Source: an uncultured delta proteobacterium
GTDB taxonomy: Bacteria > Desulfobacterota > Desulfuromonadia > Geobacterales > DSM-12255
NCBI GenBank assembly: GCA_963787125.1
Contig: CAWBBV010000006.1
Coordinates: forward strand, 220,725 to 284,724
Direction: 5' to 3'
Length of the DNA: 64,000 bases
The notes beneath the pieces are model-generated. The model was not told where the DNA came from. It searched no databases and was given only the letters and a program-made list of their open reading frames with translations. The position numbers and the translations under genes are program-made. Numbering within the stretch: position 1 is the stretch's first letter; the number at the start of each line of letters is the position of its first letter. Below, in pieces: positions 32,142 to 41,971 of the stretch.

Positions 32142-33958
32142 TGTCAAAAGTTTCATGAAAAGCCGGGATATTGAAATGGAAAGTACTCGAAAGTAAACGA
32201 TGCCCTTCATCTGCATCTTTTCCGAGTCTGTCCAGACTGTGACTTCACTACTTTGTGGTTACTGGCTTGAATTTTGGGCAAGCCACTCTGTGACCAGGCA
32301 CGTGAGATAGTTGGTCAGATTAAAACAACAATCAGTAAATTGATCTTTGAAGACGGGAAGTCAGGCAGCTAGCGAGAGGATCTTGGTCCATCTAGCCTGA
32401 ATGGTCGGCAGTGCCTTCAACTCCTGCAAAGGCACCGGTGGTAGATATTTTAGCGACATGTGAGGCCTGAGGAAGTTGTAGTGGGTCACAAACAGCGTAG
32501 TTAAAGATACCGCACCGTTTGTGCTGTTGAATCCTGCTGCTGGCCTTACATGATACTTGAAGGTTCTGTTGAGCCGCTCAACGAGCTGCTTGAAGGATCT
32601 GTACTCTTCGGACTCGGCATCAAGGTTTTGGAGGCCAATAACCTTTTTGTGCTGAATCGTCTGGGAATCATCAGTCTGGGCATTGATGAAATGAATGCCA
32701 GCTGGATAAGAAGGGTTTCCGTCGCTGACAAGGGTTATTTGCTGATCGGCAGAAGCAGTCCTGATGGCTTCATTCATAGCGATAATGGCAGGCTGAGTGC
32801 CCCTGTTATCGGCCACGTGATAGGCGGAGATTTTCAGGTTCTTTGCCGAGATAAAAAAGAAGACATAATGGTGCTTGCCCAGGATCTTGATGTAGGTCTC
32901 ATCACCTGCAGAGATATTATCGATATGGCCTTTATGCTTGAGATTGAATCGGTGGCAGTGCCAGGCGGCGCCAGCGGCATAATTGAGAACTGTCTGATGA
33001 GAAACCTTGATACAGAAGACTTCGCGCAGGATTTGAGCAGTTTTTCTGGCCGGAACGGCGAATGAAACATAGAAAGTCAGAATCAGGCCAAGCACGTTTT
33101 CGCTGTTATGGATTCTCGCCAGTTCGACCGGCGGTTTGTCCGGAGAAGAGAGTTCCAACTCTTCCGGTTTGTAGTGATATTCGCGGTACTGGTAGTTGAT
33201 TTTGAACTGAGAACTTTTCTTTTTCATCAGCTCTTTCTCGGCTTTATTGAGCTTGGCAAGCGCCTGGATACGGTGAGGACAGTTATCATTTGGGCACTTG
33301 TGGATGGTCACTTCCTTTTGCGACTTCCACCTGAAGAGAGCCAGCCCGCAATGGGGACAGAAGAGCTTTGACTTTCTGTTGGTTCTGAAGCGCTGTTGGA
33401 GTTGGAAGAGTTGAGAGCAAACCTTGCAGAGAACTTGAGAGCGCTTCTTTCCGTCGTTGAAGTAGAGATAAGTATTTGGCGCTCCGCAGCAGGGACAGGT
33501 GACATGCACTGGAACCGGTGATGAACCCGCCCGGAGCTTGACCGGAGCAAGAGACTTTCCGTGAAGTGTTTCGTACTCAATCAGGAGTTGCCGGTAGTCT
33601 TTTTGATCGAGGTCTTTTTTTTAAACTTTGGGGGCTCAGTCAGTGGCGGCTTGGGATCGACAATAAAGTTTCTGTAGTTCGGATGTTTCTCTTTGAAATC
33701 GTCCTTTGGCTTAACTTCAGGATTACGATTTTCGAGGACATCTGACAACCCGACGACGATCTGTTCAATCTCGGTCTTTGTAAACTTGGAGCAAATCCAG
33801 ACAACAAACCGGGCAGTTTTGGATAGGTACGACATGAGCTAGCCCTCCATAACTGGCATTCTTAACCAGAATCACGGGGGGAGGCAAGACTTTGATTGGT
33901 AATGCATTGAAATTAGAACTGAAAAGCAAAAAGACATGTCAAGAAGTTTGACACAACG
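32137..33958 (-). mobile_element. IS element with a DDE (IS6/IS240-like) transposase
   Basis: Ends GATAGTGTCAAA / TTTGACACAACG; flanking direct repeat CATGAGAG (32129-36, 33959-66; 9 bp if the G is included). Confidence 0.85.
32361..33835 (-). CDS. DDE transposase encoded in two frames (33835-33581 and ~33614-32361), joined by a -1 shift at A AAA AAG
   Basis: Zinc-finger CPCCG/CKVC/CPHC; GDETYIKI, VSDGNPSY, QLVERLNRTFK; the -1 frame is open from the A8 run at 33615-33622. Confidence 0.8.
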
Positions 33959-33982
33959 CATGAGAGTTAAGGGAGGCATAGC

Positions 33983-34111
33983 ATGAAAACAATCAAGCGA
34001 TTTATTGAAGAGCAGATAGCAAAAGTCAGATTGATGGCCGCCCGTCGCAGTGCCATGCAAGGCGCAACCGCCGCCGCTTGCCGCATGGCCTTGAACGGCT
34101 GCCGGTTGTGA
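33983..34111 (+). CDS. Small hypothetical protein (42 aa)
   Basis: GGGAGG RBS; ATG...TGA; below the ORF-track size cutoff. Confidence 0.4.
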   Translation: MKTIKRFIEEQIAKVRLMAARRSAMQGATAAACRMALNGCRL

Positions 34112-34186
34112 ATATTATGAAAGAATTAAAGATAAGGCTGCGACGAATCTTGAGAGAAGAGCAACAAGGGAAAAAGGGGGCACACC

Positions 34187-34678
34187 ATGGCACAAAAAGC
34201 ACACAAGCAGGCCGGGCCACCGATAAGCGCCGCACAGATCAAGAAGCTTCACACCCTCAAGACCGCGCTGAAGTTTGACAATGAAACCTATCGGGCCGCC
34301 CTGGACAATGCCGCCGGGGTTACTTCTTCCAAGGATTTGACCATACAGCAGGCCGCTGCACTTATAGACGACTGGCAGACAAAGGCCACCGCTGCCGGGG
34401 TCTGGAAGACACGTCAACCGAAAGCGAAAAAGTTTGATGACTTAGAGAACCGCCGTGGAGTGGTAGCCATGGCAACCGTTCCACAAATGCGAATGATTGA
34501 AGCTATATGGGGTGAAGTCAGCAGAGCCACAGAACCGGAGGCAAGAGCCACCGGTCTTCGGCACTTCATCAAACGGATTGCCAAGGTCGATAGTCTTCGC
34601 TTCTTGGATAGAGAAGGAGCAAGCGCCGTGATTAACGCATTAACCGCTATGCAGAAGAGTAAGGCATCTCATAGTTAA
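34187..34678 (+). CDS. gemA: GemA/DUF1018-family Mu-like protein
   Basis: QIKKLH.LK..L..D.ETYRA.L....GV.SSKDLT...Q...I.AIW...L..FIKR...VINAL..M. Confidence 0.85.
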   Translation: MAQKAHKQAGPPISAAQIKKLHTLKTALKFDNETYRAALDNAAGVTSSKDLTIQQAAALIDDWQTKATAAGVWKTRQPKAKKFDDLENRRGVVAMATVPQMRMIEAIWGEVSRATEPEARATGLRHFIKRIAKVDSLRFLDREGASAVINALTAMQKSKASHS

Positions 34679-35027
34679 ACGATGTACGCGCCTCATTATG
34701 TCGAGATAGGTGAACCATAGACATAAAGAGGGTTTCCGGGGTGGGACCCGGTAAACGGGTATGGTTCACCAGGGGCAATGCCTGAGAGACCCCAGCTTCG
34801 CCTCAAGCTGCTAATCAGGCAATAATAAGTTGAATGTCTTGGGAAAGGGTGGAAATCGCAAAAATGACCGTGACGCGCTTTTTACCGTAGTTGGCGCATG
34901 AAGGGCAACGGTTTTATCCGAACGCCGAACGTGGGGAAATTTAAAGATGGTTTAAACGCGGTTTTGGGAATGGGCGCACCTGTAAAAAACACGAAACACG
35001 AAACAACACAAAAATGGAGGTAATCGC

Positions 35028-35201
35028 ATGTTCAGTTTTGAAGAGTACGTAATGTTTCAGGCACTAAGTGATTCCATGAAAAAAGCGCTTGCAGAAAAGT
35101 TTGCAGCAAAACGAATACCTTCTGAAGAGGCCAAAATTATTAAACAGATGGGAACCTCTTATGTAGATGCATGGGCACAAAAGCAGATTGACACTATGTA
35201 A
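35028..35201 (+). CDS. Small hypothetical protein (57 aa)
   Basis: GGAGGT RBS; MFSFEEYVMFQALSDSMKK...; stop abuts the hammerhead ribozyme. Confidence 0.6.
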   Translation: MFSFEEYVMFQALSDSMKKALAEKFAAKRIPSEEAKIIKQMGTSYVDAWAQKQIDTM

Positions 35202-35202
35202 A

Positions 35203-35272
35203 CGCGAAACCGGCGGGCAACATGCCGCCGGTCTGCCGGGAATGGCCGCCCGGCACTGATGAGCGAGGCCGT
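35203..35272 (+). ncRNA. Type II hammerhead ribozyme with pseudoknot
   Basis: CGC-GAAA-C CGGCGG(loop)CCGCCG GUC^ UGCCGGG(AAUGGCCG)CCCGGCA CUGAUGA GCG A GGCCGU; all core nucleotides and stems I-III present; predicted cleavage after C35233. Confidence 0.9.
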
Positions 35273-35285
35273 AAGGGGAATCAAT

Positions 35286-35513
35286 ATGGGCGAATTATGG
35301 AAAGAGCAAGTGACTGTATCTGAAGGAATATGGCTTAACGTTCTTCAACACGCGACACAAAGCGAAATTGAAACCTTTGTGTCGCTCCTGGAGAAGAACG
35401 GACTGAAAATCATAGAAGTCGAGAAGTACAACCGTGTGATGGAATTGGTTGATCGTTCAATAGAAGAAATTGAGGCGCTGGAGTACCGGATCAAGACTCT
35501 TACAGAGCAATAA
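35286..35513 (+). CDS. Hypothetical protein
   Basis: AAGGGG RBS right after the ribozyme; ATG at 35286. Confidence 0.6.
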   Translation: MGELWKEQVTVSEGIWLNVLQHATQSEIETFVSLLEKNGLKIIEVEKYNRVMELVDRSIEEIEALEYRIKTLTEQ

Positions 35514-35539
35514 CCCGTATAAGCAGGGGAGAAACAACT

Positions 35540-36292
35540 GTGCCGTTTCAAACTGCATTAATACAAGCCACTGCCCTAAGCCCACATGTTGATTATGATT
35601 CATGGCTATCAGCAAATACCGCCTATTGCCAGCGCCACCGCTGTAGCCTGACAATTGCCGATTGCGACAAACAAAAGGCAGAAAGCGCCGGTCATTTTAG
35701 TGATTTACGCTGTCAAGGCTGCGGCGGTCTGGATAATCAGCCGGAAGTTACTGACCATATTGGCACTTTTGGGGTAGTGACTCCGCGTCGGTTGCAGCTC
35801 GTCAAGCAGCAATCCGTTGAAATTATACTGCCGGTTCTTACCGAAAAAGAAGAGTTGCCTCCGGAGACCGCCGCGCAGATCAGCGAGCAGGCAACGGCGG
35901 AAACCTGCCTTGACCTGGAATGTTTGCATAACCTGGACTGTTGCGAAAGCTCCTTTGACCTTGCCGCAATCAGCGCACTAACCGGGGATAATGGCGAGCT
36001 TGCAAAAGAGCTGCAAATTCTCTTTATGGGTGAAGATGAAGAGGTTGAGACCAAAGAAGAGATAGCCGCTCTATACAAAAAGACAAGTAATCGGGCCAGA
36101 ATAATAAAACTCTTCGCAGTGTATCAAGGCCGCTGCATCCGTTGTGGTGGATACATGGATAACACCAGGGAGGAAGGAACTGACGAAAAATGGGATGATG
36201 ATGTTTATCGCTGCCTTGCTTGTGGATGGCGCACAAGCCCGGCCTATGCCTGGAATCGCGAGAACCCTGCTGTAGCAGGATGGAGGGGCTAA
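35540..36292 (+). CDS. Hypothetical Cys-rich protein with C-terminal zinc ribbon
   Basis: C..H.C, C..C, CIRCGG...CLACGW. Confidence 0.65.
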   Translation: MPFQTALIQATALSPHVDYDSWLSANTAYCQRHRCSLTIADCDKQKAESAGHFSDLRCQGCGGLDNQPEVTDHIGTFGVVTPRRLQLVKQQSVEIILPVLTEKEELPPETAAQISEQATAETCLDLECLHNLDCCESSFDLAAISALTGDNGELAKELQILFMGEDEEVETKEEIAALYKKTSNRARIIKLFAVYQGRCIRCGGYMDNTREEGTDEKWDDDVYRCLACGWRTSPAYAWNRENPAVAGWRG

Positions 36293-36293
36293 G

Positions 36294-36698
36294 ATGGTAG
36301 ACCAACAGGATTCAACCAGTAAACAGCATGAAGAGGGCCGGGACAATTTACAGCTGGGAATAATGGTAATCATTATCAGAGTTCTGACCGGCAAGGGAGT
36401 TAATAACGCCGCTGCTGTCAGGATTGCTATGGATATTATCAAGGAGCTTACAGCTACTTACGGAGGACATTCGATATATCTTCCAAAACAGGATGCAGTA
36501 AAGCATGCCGAAAAAGCCGCCTCAATACTGGCAGAGTTCAATGGTAAGAATCACGCCGCTCTTGCAGAGAAGCATGAGCTTTCAAGTCGGCAGATTTACA
36601 ATATCGTCGGACGGAAAAAAGACAAGAAACCGGAAAAGCCGGATGTTGCCGGATTAGCAGCACTTCTAAAAAGCAGACAAGGAACGGGGCATTCATGA
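36294..36698 (+). CDS. mor: Mor-family transcription activator
   Basis: YGGHSIYLPK...I.AEFNGKNHAALAEKHELSSRQIYNIV. Confidence 0.88.
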   Translation: MVDQQDSTSKQHEEGRDNLQLGIMVIIIRVLTGKGVNNAAAVRIAMDIIKELTATYGGHSIYLPKQDAVKHAEKAASILAEFNGKNHAALAEKHELSSRQIYNIVGRKKDKKPEKPDVAGLAALLKSRQGTGHS

Positions 36699-36916
36699 TG
36701 GATAAAGTTAAAGGCTTGACTGCTGAGGACTTAAGAGTTTGTGAAGTTATGGGAATGAACCCGCACACTCTCATTGAGGCGTACGGAGCGGAAATAGCCT
36801 GCAACTCTGCGCCGTCTTCGCTTGAAAAGATGACGCCGCAAGCTGTCAATACAGCAAAGCGACAGCTTTCTGTAGCCATTGGGCCGTCAATATGGATACC
36901 GCTGACAGCAAGATAA
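36695..36916 (+). CDS. Small hypothetical protein
   Basis: ATGA overlap with mor; LTAEDLRVCEVMGM resembles the C-terminal motif of Mu-like protease/scaffold proteins (weak). Confidence 0.5.
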   Translation: MMDKVKGLTAEDLRVCEVMGMNPHTLIEAYGAEIACNSAPSSLEKMTPQAVNTAKRQLSVAIGPSIWIPLTAR

Positions 36917-36934
36917 ATTTGCACGGGAGGCATT

Positions 36935-38791
36935 ATGGCAGACATGAAACTTTTTATCGAATTAATGGCACGTTCAACCGGCCTTAAACGCGAACTTAAC
37001 GACTCCGAAAGAGGATTCAAGCAGTTTGGCAATGTTGTCGGAAAGGAGATGGCGAGAATCGGTCAGTTTTCCGGCTCACTCCAGGGGAAGCTTGCCGGTT
37101 TGGGGGTGACAATAGGAGTTTTACAGCAGTTTAGAATATCTGCTCAGCTTGATAAAGATCTTACCCAGATAGGCCAAACTGCTGGAGCTGGCTCTAAGAT
37201 GGTTACGCTGTTACGTTCTGACCTTTTTCGCATGGGCAAAGATAGCGGTCAAGACCTTGAGAGCCTGAAAAACGGGTTTGATTCACTGGTTCAATCAGGT
37301 CTGAATATGCGTGAAGCAACTGCTACACTGGATGGAATCAACATTGCTATGGCTGTCACCGGTGCAAAAGCTGAAACTCTTTCCAGTGCGCTGACGGTTG
37401 GCGGGACACACTTCGGCTTTGATTTAGCTAAGCCGGGGCAGGCGCTGACAATGTTGGATAAAATGACTGTTGCAGGGAGACTTGGAAATGCTGAGCTTGG
37501 TACGCTGTCAGCTACCTTTTCTCGTGTAGGTGTCAGCGCAAAAGCAGCTGGTATGTCTTATGACAAGACGCTGGCTTTTATCGAAGCGCTGTCTTTGGCT
37601 GAGAAAAACCCCGAGCGACTGGGAACGCTGGCAACCAGTTCCCTCCGGGTGTTTACCGACGGGCGTTATATGATGAAGGCTCAGCAGGGGCTGGGGATGA
37701 GCAACCTGTTTTTTGATAAAAAAGGCGCACGCCGTGATGTCATGGATGTTTTTACAGATATCCAAAAGAAATATAAGACGCTAAAAACTGACCGTGAACG
37801 GGCTGGCTTCATTCATAAAGCCTTTGGTGAAATGGACACTGAGACGAAAACCGGTGTTCAGCTGATGTTGGATGGAAAGAGCCTTGATAAGGCGCGTGAA
37901 TTTCTTGGGATTATTGATAAGGCCGGGGGCACACTAAAAAAAGATTTCAATGCAGCGACCATGAATCTTATTACACAAGGCGGCCGACTTAAGAACACCA
38001 TGCGTGATGCTGCTGATAGCTTCATCCAGCCAATTAATAAAGTAATGGCCGAATGGTTACAATTCATGCTGGACAAGAAAGAGGACGGCGGCTTAGGGCT
38101 ATCTGGCAAGCAGATTGCTGGGGGCGCGGCAGGCATAATCGGCGGAACCTATGTTCTTTCCAAGGTCGGAAATAAAATCCTTGGGGATTGGGCAAAGAAA
38201 AAGGTCGGTGGGTTGAGCGGCAGCACCGCTGTGGGGGTGGCTGAAGGCAAGATCCTTCAGGCCGCCGCCGGCGTTACCCCTGTATATGTTACCAACGCGG
38301 CTGACATAGCCGGTTCGTTTAATGTCCTGCAACAGGGGGCCGGTGCTGTCGCAATGTCATCACCGGCTGTTGCAGCAGTTCCGGCACTTTTCACGGGTGG
38401 CATTGGTTATGCCTCAATGGAAACAGGGAAATATTTGGCACGGGAAGAAGCTAGCTGGCGTAGCAACGCTGACTTGGCAAGAATACGTTCTCAGCACATG
38501 GTCATGGGGGGAGGGGGGAATTCATTCCAGGTGCAGGCTATTGACGAAGAAATAGGAAAGCGTTGGAGATCAACCTTCGACGATTCCCGCAAAATATCTC
38601 CTTTTGATAGAGAGGGTGCTGGTCATCGTCCGGCAAGAGCAAATACAAATAATAACATTAATGTTGAAGTGCACTTTGATGAACTCGCACGGGCATTCAC
38701 TAAAGTCAACAGCATGGATACAGGTGTTAACGTAAAGAGTGGTGGCAGAGGCGATTTCTTTGAAGCTCTAACCAGTACAAAGAGCATGTAA
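36935..38791 (+). CDS. Phage tail tape measure protein (TP901-type core)
   Basis: Ala/Gly/Leu-rich helical protein; LDKMTVAGRLGNAEL..L...F.RVG; GVTPVYVTN motif. Confidence 0.82.
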   Translation: MADMKLFIELMARSTGLKRELNDSERGFKQFGNVVGKEMARIGQFSGSLQGKLAGLGVTIGVLQQFRISAQLDKDLTQIGQTAGAGSKMVTLLRSDLFRMGKDSGQDLESLKNGFDSLVQSGLNMREATATLDGINIAMAVTGAKAETLSSALTVGGTHFGFDLAKPGQALTMLDKMTVAGRLGNAELGTLSATFSRVGVSAKAAGMSYDKTLAFIEALSLAEKNPERLGTLATSSLRVFTDGRYMMKAQQGLGMSNLFFDKKGARRDVMDVFTDIQKKYKTLKTDRERAGFIHKAFGEMDTETKTGVQLMLDGKSLDKAREFLGIIDKAGGTLKKDFNAATMNLITQGGRLKNTMRDAADSFIQPINKVMAEWLQFMLDKKEDGGLGLSGKQIAGGAAGIIGGTYVLSKVGNKILGDWAKKKVGGLSGSTAVGVAEGKILQAAAGVTPVYVTNAADIAGSFNVLQQGAGAVAMSSPAVAAVPALFTGGIGYASMETGKYLAREEASWRSNADLARIRSQHMVMGGGGNSFQVQAIDEEIGKRWRSTFDDSRKISPFDREGAGHRPARANTNNNINVEVHFDELARAFTKVNSMDTGVNVKSGGRGDFFEALTSTKSM

Positions 38792-38854
38792 CTCAAGCAG
38801 GGCTGCATTACACTGGTCTTTGCAGCTCAAACTAATAATCCGGAGGCTATAATT

Positions 38855-39550
38855 ATGTCAGTAATCACAAGTAAGAAAGCGTTAAAGGAAGTCCTTGAAT
38901 GTCAAGTTTCTCTTGAAGGGGTAAACACGGATAAGGTGAACATGAAAGAGGCAATTCTGTTGCAGCAGCAAAAGCTTGATTCTGCTGAGGTATGCAAAAA
39001 GAAACTTGCTCTGTTAATGGAAAAGCGCCGGGGCTTATTGGCTGACGCCGCCTTGGGGAATGGCAACAATATAGAGCTTGCCGCGCTTAATGCCGAAATT
39101 GAAGTAAACAAGGCGAATACGGTTGATAGCGACTTGTTGATTGTTGCTGAAACCATAGCGGGATTAACCGCAAAACTTAACGCTGTATCCACTGTCCAGG
39201 AAGAACTGCAACGCAAGAAATCAGCACTTATTGCTACGCTACTGTTGGCCGAGGCTGAAGAACTGGGAGCGGTTTACATTGAGGATATGAACCGCCTTGC
39301 TGCTACTCACCGTCAACTATTGGTTAATAATGCCCTCTTGAAGCAGGCTGGTGGTGCCGGGATAGTTCCGGAATCAAGTGTCAGAATTGATGTCCCGCTT
39401 TTCAGACTTGAAGCTCACAAGGGGCTTGAAATTGGAGATATCCCCGGTAAAGTCAGGATCAACAGCCAGGCGCAGTATTCCGATACACTTATTTCTGCTG
39501 AGATAGCCGAGAGTAAGCAGCGGTTAAATCAATGGGGGGTTTGTTGGTAG
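38855..39550 (+). CDS. Hypothetical coiled-coil protein
   Basis: GGAGG RBS; heptad-rich 231-aa ORF. Confidence 0.65.
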   Translation: MSVITSKKALKEVLECQVSLEGVNTDKVNMKEAILLQQQKLDSAEVCKKKLALLMEKRRGLLADAALGNGNNIELAALNAEIEVNKANTVDSDLLIVAETIAGLTAKLNAVSTVQEELQRKKSALIATLLLAEAEELGAVYIEDMNRLAATHRQLLVNNALLKQAGGAGIVPESSVRIDVPLFRLEAHKGLEIGDIPGKVRINSQAQYSDTLISAEIAESKQRLNQWGVCW

Positions 39551-39560
39551 CAGGTAAGTT

Positions 39561-39597
39561 ATAAAGGCCGTTTACAGACGATGTAAGCGGCCTTTAT
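39561..39597. terminator. Terminator-like hairpin
   Basis: ATAAAGGCCGTTTACA-GACGA-TGTAAGCGGCCTTTAT. Confidence 0.6.
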
Positions 39598-39619
39598 CAT
39601 ATGTTAACAGGGGGTAGAT

Positions 39620-40123
39620 ATGTCGGGGAAACTGGATAAGATTATAGAGATTATCGGTATTGAGCTTGCTGCTAAACTCTGTCATGACTTCGCAGGCAAA
39701 CAGATACGCATAAAGAAATTAGAGTCAAAAATAGGCACATTCCAGGCGGTTATTGACAGTATAGGGATTAATGCCGCCAACCTGTTGCAAAAGGAAATAA
39801 CCGGACTTGTATATATTCCGAACTTAACAGCTGAGCTTGGCAAGCAGAGACGACAAGAAATTATTGAAAATTATCGGGGTGAAAGGATTGAGGATTATGC
39901 TCTTATAGTAGGGCTGACCTCCCGCCGGGTATATCAATTATTTAAGGAGACAGGGGTTAAACTCCCAGATAAGCCACTACGAAAGAAGCTGATTATTGAT
40001 GACTACAAGGGTGAGACGGCAAGAGAGTATGCGGATAAACACGGGATTAATATAAGGTCTGCCCGAGCAAGGTTGAAGTCAAACGGTATAATACCTTGTA
40101 GCGGGTTGCGACAGGTAAAATGA
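39620..40123 (+). CDS. Second Mor/C-like regulator with duplicated modules
   Basis: IIGIELAAKLCHDFAGKQIRI and IGINAANLLQKEITGLVYIP, plus two Y.GE...YA...G...R HTH-like units. Confidence 0.6.
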   Translation: MSGKLDKIIEIIGIELAAKLCHDFAGKQIRIKKLESKIGTFQAVIDSIGINAANLLQKEITGLVYIPNLTAELGKQRRQEIIENYRGERIEDYALIVGLTSRRVYQLFKETGVKLPDKPLRKKLIIDDYKGETAREYADKHGINIRSARARLKSNGIIPCSGLRQVK

Positions 40124-40139
40124 CCAGGTCAAATAAATC

Positions 40140-41756
40140 TTGCTGCTTTGTGCTGGGGGTAACTTTTTGACTATTAAATATGCTGGCACGTTGGCCCTGA
40201 TTCAGGGGGAGCCGGAATTTAACCGGGTTAGAGCCATGAAGCGCTTTTTGCTCCTGAAGGATTTTGAAGATAATTTCCTACAGAAGTATAAATTAGAGTC
40301 ATGCCGAAAAGTTTCTCTTACAACTGCGCGGAAAGCTTATTGTGAGCAAAGATCCCTTTCATATACGACATTTCTGCATTGGTCGGTAGCCTATCGAAAA
40401 CGTGGCATCAAGGGGCTTTTACCGAAATACGGGAGGACACTGAATCCATCAAAGCGCCCTATCCGGTATCGAAAACAAAAGCTGATGGCAACAATAGCCA
40501 TAGACTTAAACAACCCCCTGAAATGCCTGGAGACGTTGCAGCGAATTATTCAGTGGTGTCGGAAGATTGAACCGGAAGTTAAAAGCAGGACGCTTTCTCT
40601 GTTAAAAAGTTTCTTTGAGGATTCAGTTGCCGATCATCCTTTATCCTTGCGTATCCCTCTTACAGCTGAGGAAATTAAAGCTTTAAAGCGGTATAAAGCC
40701 GGGTTACATAAGAAATATAGTCCAAAAGCGGAAGCCATTCTTTTAATAAATGAAGGCCGTATGCTCCTAGAGGTAATGAACGCAACCAATGTATCGAAAC
40801 GCACAATTTACCTTTGGATGCGTAACTTTAATAAAGACCGTCTCGACTCTATAAAGGTCCGGATCAACGCACCCGAAAGGGAAAGAGTAAAGACAGAGCG
40901 GCAAACGAGAGTTATCGACATCATCCACAAGATGCCCTCGCTTTATGGGATCAATAGAACAACCTGGACATATGGGGCAATTGCTGAGGCGTATGAGAAA
41001 GAATATGGAACCGCTATCTCAAAGGATAAGGTTCAAGGCGTCATTCACAATACCAATTACTGTTGGCGACATGCCAGAAGGGTCTTGACCAGCCCAGATC
41101 CTGAATACAAGACAAAGGTGGAAAGGCTACTGGATGCCCTACAAGGGCTTAAAGAAGGCGAGCGATTCTTTTTCATAGACGAGGTAGGGCCGTACCAGGT
41201 GAAGAAATACGGCGGCAGAATACTGATGCCAAAAGACCAAATTGAAACGCTGCCAGAGTTCCAGAAGAGCCGAGGTAAGATCCAGTTTGTAGCCGCACTG
41301 GAGGCAGTCACAAATCAAATGTTATGGATGTTCACCCCTGACAAGAGCGCCCTTTCCGTGATTGGCTTGATAGAGAAACTGGCTATTGACTATGCTGTTT
41401 CTCCGGCCATATTCATGACGTGGGACGCTATATCAGTACATGGTTCAAAGGTCGTCATGGAATGGATTGCGGCGCACAACGAGGCAGACAAGGGCCCACG
41501 TATCGAGGTTGTTCCTTTGCCCTCAAAGTCGCAGTTCCTGAACGTCATCGAGTCGGTCTTTGGAGGGATGAAAAAGGCAGTGATCTGTAACAGTGACTAT
41601 GCCAGTCTTAACTAAATGCAAGAGGCTATAGCACGCCATTTTGAGGACAGGAACCAGTATTACCTGGAGAATCCCAAACGGGCCGGAAACAAAATATGGG
41701 ACAAGCAAGCTTTCGACTTTGACAAGCTCATAGGTGGGCTTTTCAAGAAGATGTAA
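40140..41756 (+). pseudogene. IS630/Tc1-like DDE transposase with long N-terminal extension and an in-frame TAA at 41613-41615
   Basis: FFFIDE.GP, WDAISVH, LPSKSQFLNVIESVF; the frame continues after the stop as MQEAIARHFEDRNQYYLENPKRAGNKIW. Confidence 0.75.
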
Positions 41757-41971
41757 ACGCCATTTAAATCAGTATTAAGGAGCATGATAGAAGAGATTAA
41801 ACGCCAGGACCGGCACAAGCATAGTAGGAGTAAGAACGATATTAACTACGTTTAAGGGGGTAAAGGCCGCTGACTCACTAGAGTTGTGCCTTTTTTGTAT
41901 TTAGTTGAAATCAAACATATTTTATTATATTTGTGGTTTGCTTAAATTATAAAAAAGGGTTTCGCGCTACA

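Larger units (their letters stand above)
22368..41971 (+). mobile_element. Mu-like transposable element (reduced prophage or satellite-like), 19,604 bp, inserted in hsdR
   Basis: Ends TGAAAG...GCTACA; TTTTGCT repeated at 22361-22367 and 41972-41978; 21-bp motif at offset 7 of both ends; c/ner/A/B/gemA/mor gene set. Confidence 0.92.

Noticed and set aside
35259..35285. ORF-track start at 35259
   Set aside because: That ATG lies within the hammerhead CUGAUGA core; the RBS-supported start is 35286.
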